From: an uncultured Acidobacteriota bacterium
GTDB taxonomy: Bacteria > Acidobacteriota > Vicinamibacteria > Vicinamibacterales > 2-12-FULL-66-21
Length of the DNA: 64,000 nucleotides
NCBI GenBank assembly: GCA_963784195.1
Contig: CAWARA010000015.1
Span: 166,334-230,333 of the forward strand
Direction: 5' to 3'
The position numbers and the translations under genes were made by a program. Positions 60,381-64,000 of this stretch are shown here, in pieces. Position 1 is the first letter of the stretch, and every line of letters begins with the position of its first letter. The notes under the pieces were generated by a model. It did not search any database, was not told where the DNA came from, and saw only the letters and a program-made list of their open reading frames with translations.

Positions 60381-62200
60381 ACGTGCGACGTGCGACGTGC
60401 GACGTGCGACGTCGACGTCCCGTCGTGACGGCCCAGTAGTCGATCCACTGCCGTCGGATGCCGTTGGCTCGGTTGATGAGTTCAGCGCTTGGCGTTCGCC
60501 CGTGCTCCACGATCACCACGATCCCGGTGTTGAAATGTCGCTGGGAATGATTGACGTCGGGTAAGCGCGGACCCTCCGCGGCGATGACGTCTTGAATCGT
60601 AATCCTCATTCGTTGGCCCTTGAAGATCGGGCGTCCGTTTGCGTCCGTGCCGATCCGGACAAGCGGCCTCACGATGAAGAAGTCGGGCACCTCAGCGGCG
60701 GCGATCAATCCCATCAAGTAGAGATCGAGATAGGAGTAACGCGAGGCGGGTACGAAGTAGCCATCGCGCAATTGGGTGAACGTGCCGTCGAGATTGTCTT
60801 GCCACACGCCTCCACCTTCAGTGGAAGCCTCGAGAGGCAGCGAGTATGGATACGCCACGCGCGCCTGCAACCCGGGATCCCAATGGGGCCACGCGCCGAG
60901 CGAGATCATCTGGCCATTCACGCGGGCGGCAGCATACGCCGACCAGCGGTGTCCGATCTCGTGACCGAGATGCCCGACGGCGTAATTGTACGGACGGGGC
61001 TTCCCGTCGGGTGTCGCCTGCGCGAGCGGGCGTGTATAGAACGCGATATTTTTCGGGTTTCCGACTGGCGCATTGTCGGGCGGGCTCTCTTGCATTTCGT
61101 TCGCACCGACAAAGATCGGCTGCGCCAGGCCGAGCTGAAATCGCCCGCCCGTGCAGCGGCTCTCGAGGATCGGTTTCGTTTGAGCGTGCCTAGTATCCCC
61201 GATCCCGGTGACGTTGCCTCCGATCGGCCCATCGCTCGGGCTGCTGGCCTCCTGGCTGTCGACGCGGAAATCCGAATAGTAGGCGAGAAAATCGAACTTG
61301 TCGCCCAGCGCTTGAATGACGGTGCAGGAAAGGTCCTGCGGTCGCGGCGGCTCCAGGTAATGAAACGACTCATACACAGCGGCGAACGGACCGCTGTTCG
61401 GGGTCAGACGGGACAGGTGTACGGATTGAACGCGCTCACCCGTCGATAAGATTGGATAAATCCCGACGATGCCGTCCTTCGCCGCCATGGTCTTGTACGA
61501 CATCTCGATTGAGCCATCGCGATGCAGGACCGCCTGAAACAGATTGATCGTGGGAAACCAGGAGAAATCCAACAGGCTTCCGAATGGCTCGGTGAGCTTC
61601 CACGTAATGACGACGCGATCGGCTAACTCCCGCACGTCGTGCGGGCCGGCCATCCTGGGCTTCAGAAACACGCAGATGGCTGGCGCACGCGCACCCAGCC
61701 TGCCGCCCACGTCAGCGAGACGGTCAAATCGTCCAATGGCGGAAGCGATTCCGCCGTCAAGCTGACCGTACGCATCGACATCATCCACCCTCGGTGGCGG
61801 ACCGAATCGAATGGATCCCGTCGTCCCCACGGAAAACGAACTCCACCGTTGCCCTGAGAACGGAAACGTGAACCGCTGAAGGCTGAGGTCAGAACCGGTG
61901 AGTTCAACACCGTAGTCAGCCTCCCACTGTAACGTCTGATTCGTCACACGGTAACGGGAACCGGCTGGACTGAATCGCAGCGTGCGGCCGACGAGATCAA
62001 ACAGGTTCGGTTGCCCGAGTGCTGCGCGGTCCAATTCGATCACGATCAAATCGCCGTTTGTCGATACCTGACCGATGGAATGTCCCGGTGTCTTCTGCTG
62101 CCCGGCGTATGAGGACCCGGGATTCAACACCAATCCACACAACAAATTCACGCCACGAGACACGTGCGTCACTCAGTCCCCAGAATGAAGAAGTCCGCAT
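60334..62200 (-). CDS. Probably exported zinc-metalloprotease-like protein; both termini uncertain
   Basis: GHEIGHRW (HExxH), PHW, YSYLDLYLMGL; C-terminus reads through the repeat; start possibly frameshifted. Confidence 0.7.
60381..60419. repeat. (ACGTGCG)x4 plus 2 degenerate units
   Basis: Begins immediately after the TBDR stop codon. Confidence 0.92.
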
Positions 62201-62411
62201 CAGCATTCTCGCCGACAGATCGAAGTTCGCGATCCGTCGCTGGATGGGGCAGGCGTATGCGCTCGGGAACTCGATCAGGCACATTGAGTTGATCAGGAGT
62301 GCCCACGCTGACACCATCATCGTCGTGATGGCACAAAGCGGGCGCGATAGCGGTCGCGCACGCTTCGCTTCTATCTGACGCCGGGATGGGCGGCGGGTTC
62401 CACGGGCGATT

Positions 62412-62927
62412 TCAGGCTATATAGCGGTCGCGCACGATCTTCATGTGGTGGGTGACGTGGCCCGCCGCGATGTAGGCGAGTGCGCGCACGGTGAACGGGT
62501 TGCCGCTGGCGATGCCGCGTCTTGTCCACGCGTCCTTGGGCAGATTCTGGAAGAACGTCAGCGTTGCCGCGCGCACGGCGCGGAACTCCTCGAGATGGCT
62601 CGTCCACGTTCGCTCGTCTGCGCCAGCCGTAGCGATCGCCTGATTCTGGTCGAAGCTCGGCAGCGGATCCTCAAAGCCTCGCGCAAACCAGAAAGCACGT
62701 GAGACGAACAGGCGTTCTGTGTCGTTCAGGTGGCTCACCACTTCGCGGATGCTCCACTTGCCCGGCGCATAGCGATGCAGTGATTTCGCCTCGGAGATGC
62801 CGCGCAGGAAGGTCAGCGTCTCGGGAAACTGGGCTTCGAGTATCCTGCAGATGTCGCCCTCGCCGACCTGATCGATGTAGGTAAAGTAGTATTCAGCGGC
62901 TTCGGTCCGGTCCAGAATCGCGGCCAT
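62412..62927 (-). CDS. DinB family protein
   Basis: YAPGKWSIREVVSHLNDTER, AGHVTHH. Confidence 0.92.
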   Translation of the reverse strand: MAAILDRTEAAEYYFTYIDQVGEGDICRILEAQFPETLTFLRGISEAKSLHRYAPGKWSIREVVSHLNDTERLFVSRAFWFARGFEDPLPSFDQNQAIATAGADERTWTSHLEEFRAVRAATLTFFQNLPKDAWTRRGIASGNPFTVRALAYIAAGHVTHHMKIVRDRYIA

Positions 62928-62959
62928 TTCGCACCACCTGACAAGGAGACTACACCGCG

Positions 62960-63050
62960 AATCAGGCAGTCCGCAATCCGTGAATCGACAACCCCTCGAC
63001 CGTCAATGCACAATCGTGAATTGCGTCCGTCAATGCGCAATCGTCAATCT
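62960..63050. repeat. Degenerate (nCGTCAAT/CAATC) short-repeat array
   Basis: CCGTCAATGCACAATCGTGAAT (63000-63021) and CCGTCAATGCGCAATCGTCAAT (63027-63048) plus flanking variants. Confidence 0.7.
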
Positions 63051-63073
63051 GTAAGCGTCCATCGCCAAAGCCT

Positions 63074-64000
63074 ATGAAGCACCGACTTCTCGCCGTCTTC
63101 GCCACCGCTTTTCTGGCCGGCTGCTCGGGCCAGTCCTCGTCCGCGCCTCCTCCTGCCGACGCGCCCAAGCCGTTGAGCTCCGGTGTGGATCCAGCCGGTT
63201 TCGACAAGGCGATCAGGCCACAAGACGACCTCTACAAGTTCGTCAACGGCGGGTGGCTGGCGAAGACGGAGATCCCGGCGGACAAGGGCGCCTACGGTGG
63301 TTTCTACGAAGCTATCGATCGCACCCAGGATCGGCTGCACGAGATCGTCGAGGCTGCCGCCAAGGCGCCGAACAAGGCGGCCGGATCCGACCAGCAGAAG
63401 CTCGGGGACTTCTTCACGGCGTTCATGGACGAAGCCCGCGCCAATCAGCTTGGCAAGGCGCCGCTCGAACCCGAGCTCGCGCGCATCGATGCGCTGAAGA
63501 GCAAGGACGAGCTCGTTCGTCACATGGCGCGAATGGTGAAACTGAACATGACGTCGGTTGCGGGCGGCTTCGTCGACGGCGATGCGCAGGATCCGAAGAC
63601 GGCGGTGCTCTACCTCTCTCAGAGCGGGCTCGGGTTGCCCGATCGTGACTACTACCTGAAAGACGATCCGAAATTGAAGGAGTATCGGACCAAATACCTC
63701 GCCTATGTCACGAAGATGCTGACCCTCGCGGGGCAGTCGAATCCTGAGGCGGCTGCCAAGGAGATCGTCGCGTTCGAGACGAGGCTGGCGCGATCGCATT
63801 GGACGAACGTCGAGAGCCGCGATGCGGTGAAGACATACAACAAGGTGGCGCTCGCGGAACTGCCCAAACGGTTTCCGGGTTTCGACTGGTCTGCCTGGGT
63901 GGATGAGGCTGGCATCAAGGGTGCCACCGGTGTGGTCGTCGCCCAGCCCAGTTACTTTCAGGCCATGGCCGCCGCGGTCGGGCAGATGCCGGTCGATCGA
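63074..64000 (+). CDS. M13 family metallopeptidase (PepO-like) lipoprotein, runs off the window end
   Basis: MKHRLLAVFATAFLAGC lipobox; RPQDDLYKFVNGGWL; QSGLGLPDRDYY. Confidence 0.92.
   Translation, partial: MKHRLLAVFATAFLAGCSGQSSSAPPPADAPKPLSSGVDPAGFDKAIRPQDDLYKFVNGGWLAKTEIPADKGAYGGFYEAIDRTQDRLHEIVEAAAKAPNKAAGSDQQKLGDFFTAFMDEARANQLGKAPLEPELARIDALKSKDELVRHMARMVKLNMTSVAGGFVDGDAQDPKTAVLYLSQSGLGLPDRDYYLKDDPKLKEYRTKYLAYVTKMLTLAGQSNPEAAAKEIVAFETRLARSHWTNVESRDAVKTYNKVALAELPKRFPGFDWSAWVDEAGIKGATGVVVAQPSYFQAMAAAVGQMPVDR

Noticed and set aside
1..64000. tRNA, rRNA or riboswitch
   Set aside because: None recognisable by eye; an Infernal/Rfam scan would be needed to exclude small ncRNAs

Overview
High-GC bacterial chromosomal segment with about 60 protein-coding genes. 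It is most likely Acidobacteriota (Vicinamibacteria-like); this is inferred from two ADOP-type permeases, Oar-like TonB-dependent receptors, many exported hydrolases and GGRGG linkers. I found no rRNA, tRNA, CRISPR array, integrase or transposase. Content is mostly accessory genes on the + strand: SAM methyltransferases, GNATs, three ICMT-like membrane proteins, two DUF1801 proteins, amidohydrolases and peptidases, plus several truncated remnants. Stand-out items: (1) an intact ~1450-aa cytoplasmic protein built as pseudo-receiver + ~950-aa coiled coil of 46/50-residue repeats + PAS + a degenerate histidine-kinase module, a candidate scaffold or cytoskeletal signalling rod; (2) a 166-bp MITE with perfect 31-bp ends; (3) at least six families of short intergenic repeats (GTAG-type REP hairpins, ACGTGC 7/8-mer arrays and others) at gene junctions, some coinciding with truncated genes; (4) small unannotated membrane ORFs and palindromic operator candidates. 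About a dozen genes are broken, nearly always by +1 single-base insertions, best explained as long-read consensus errors. All family assignments come from motif recognition, not database searches.
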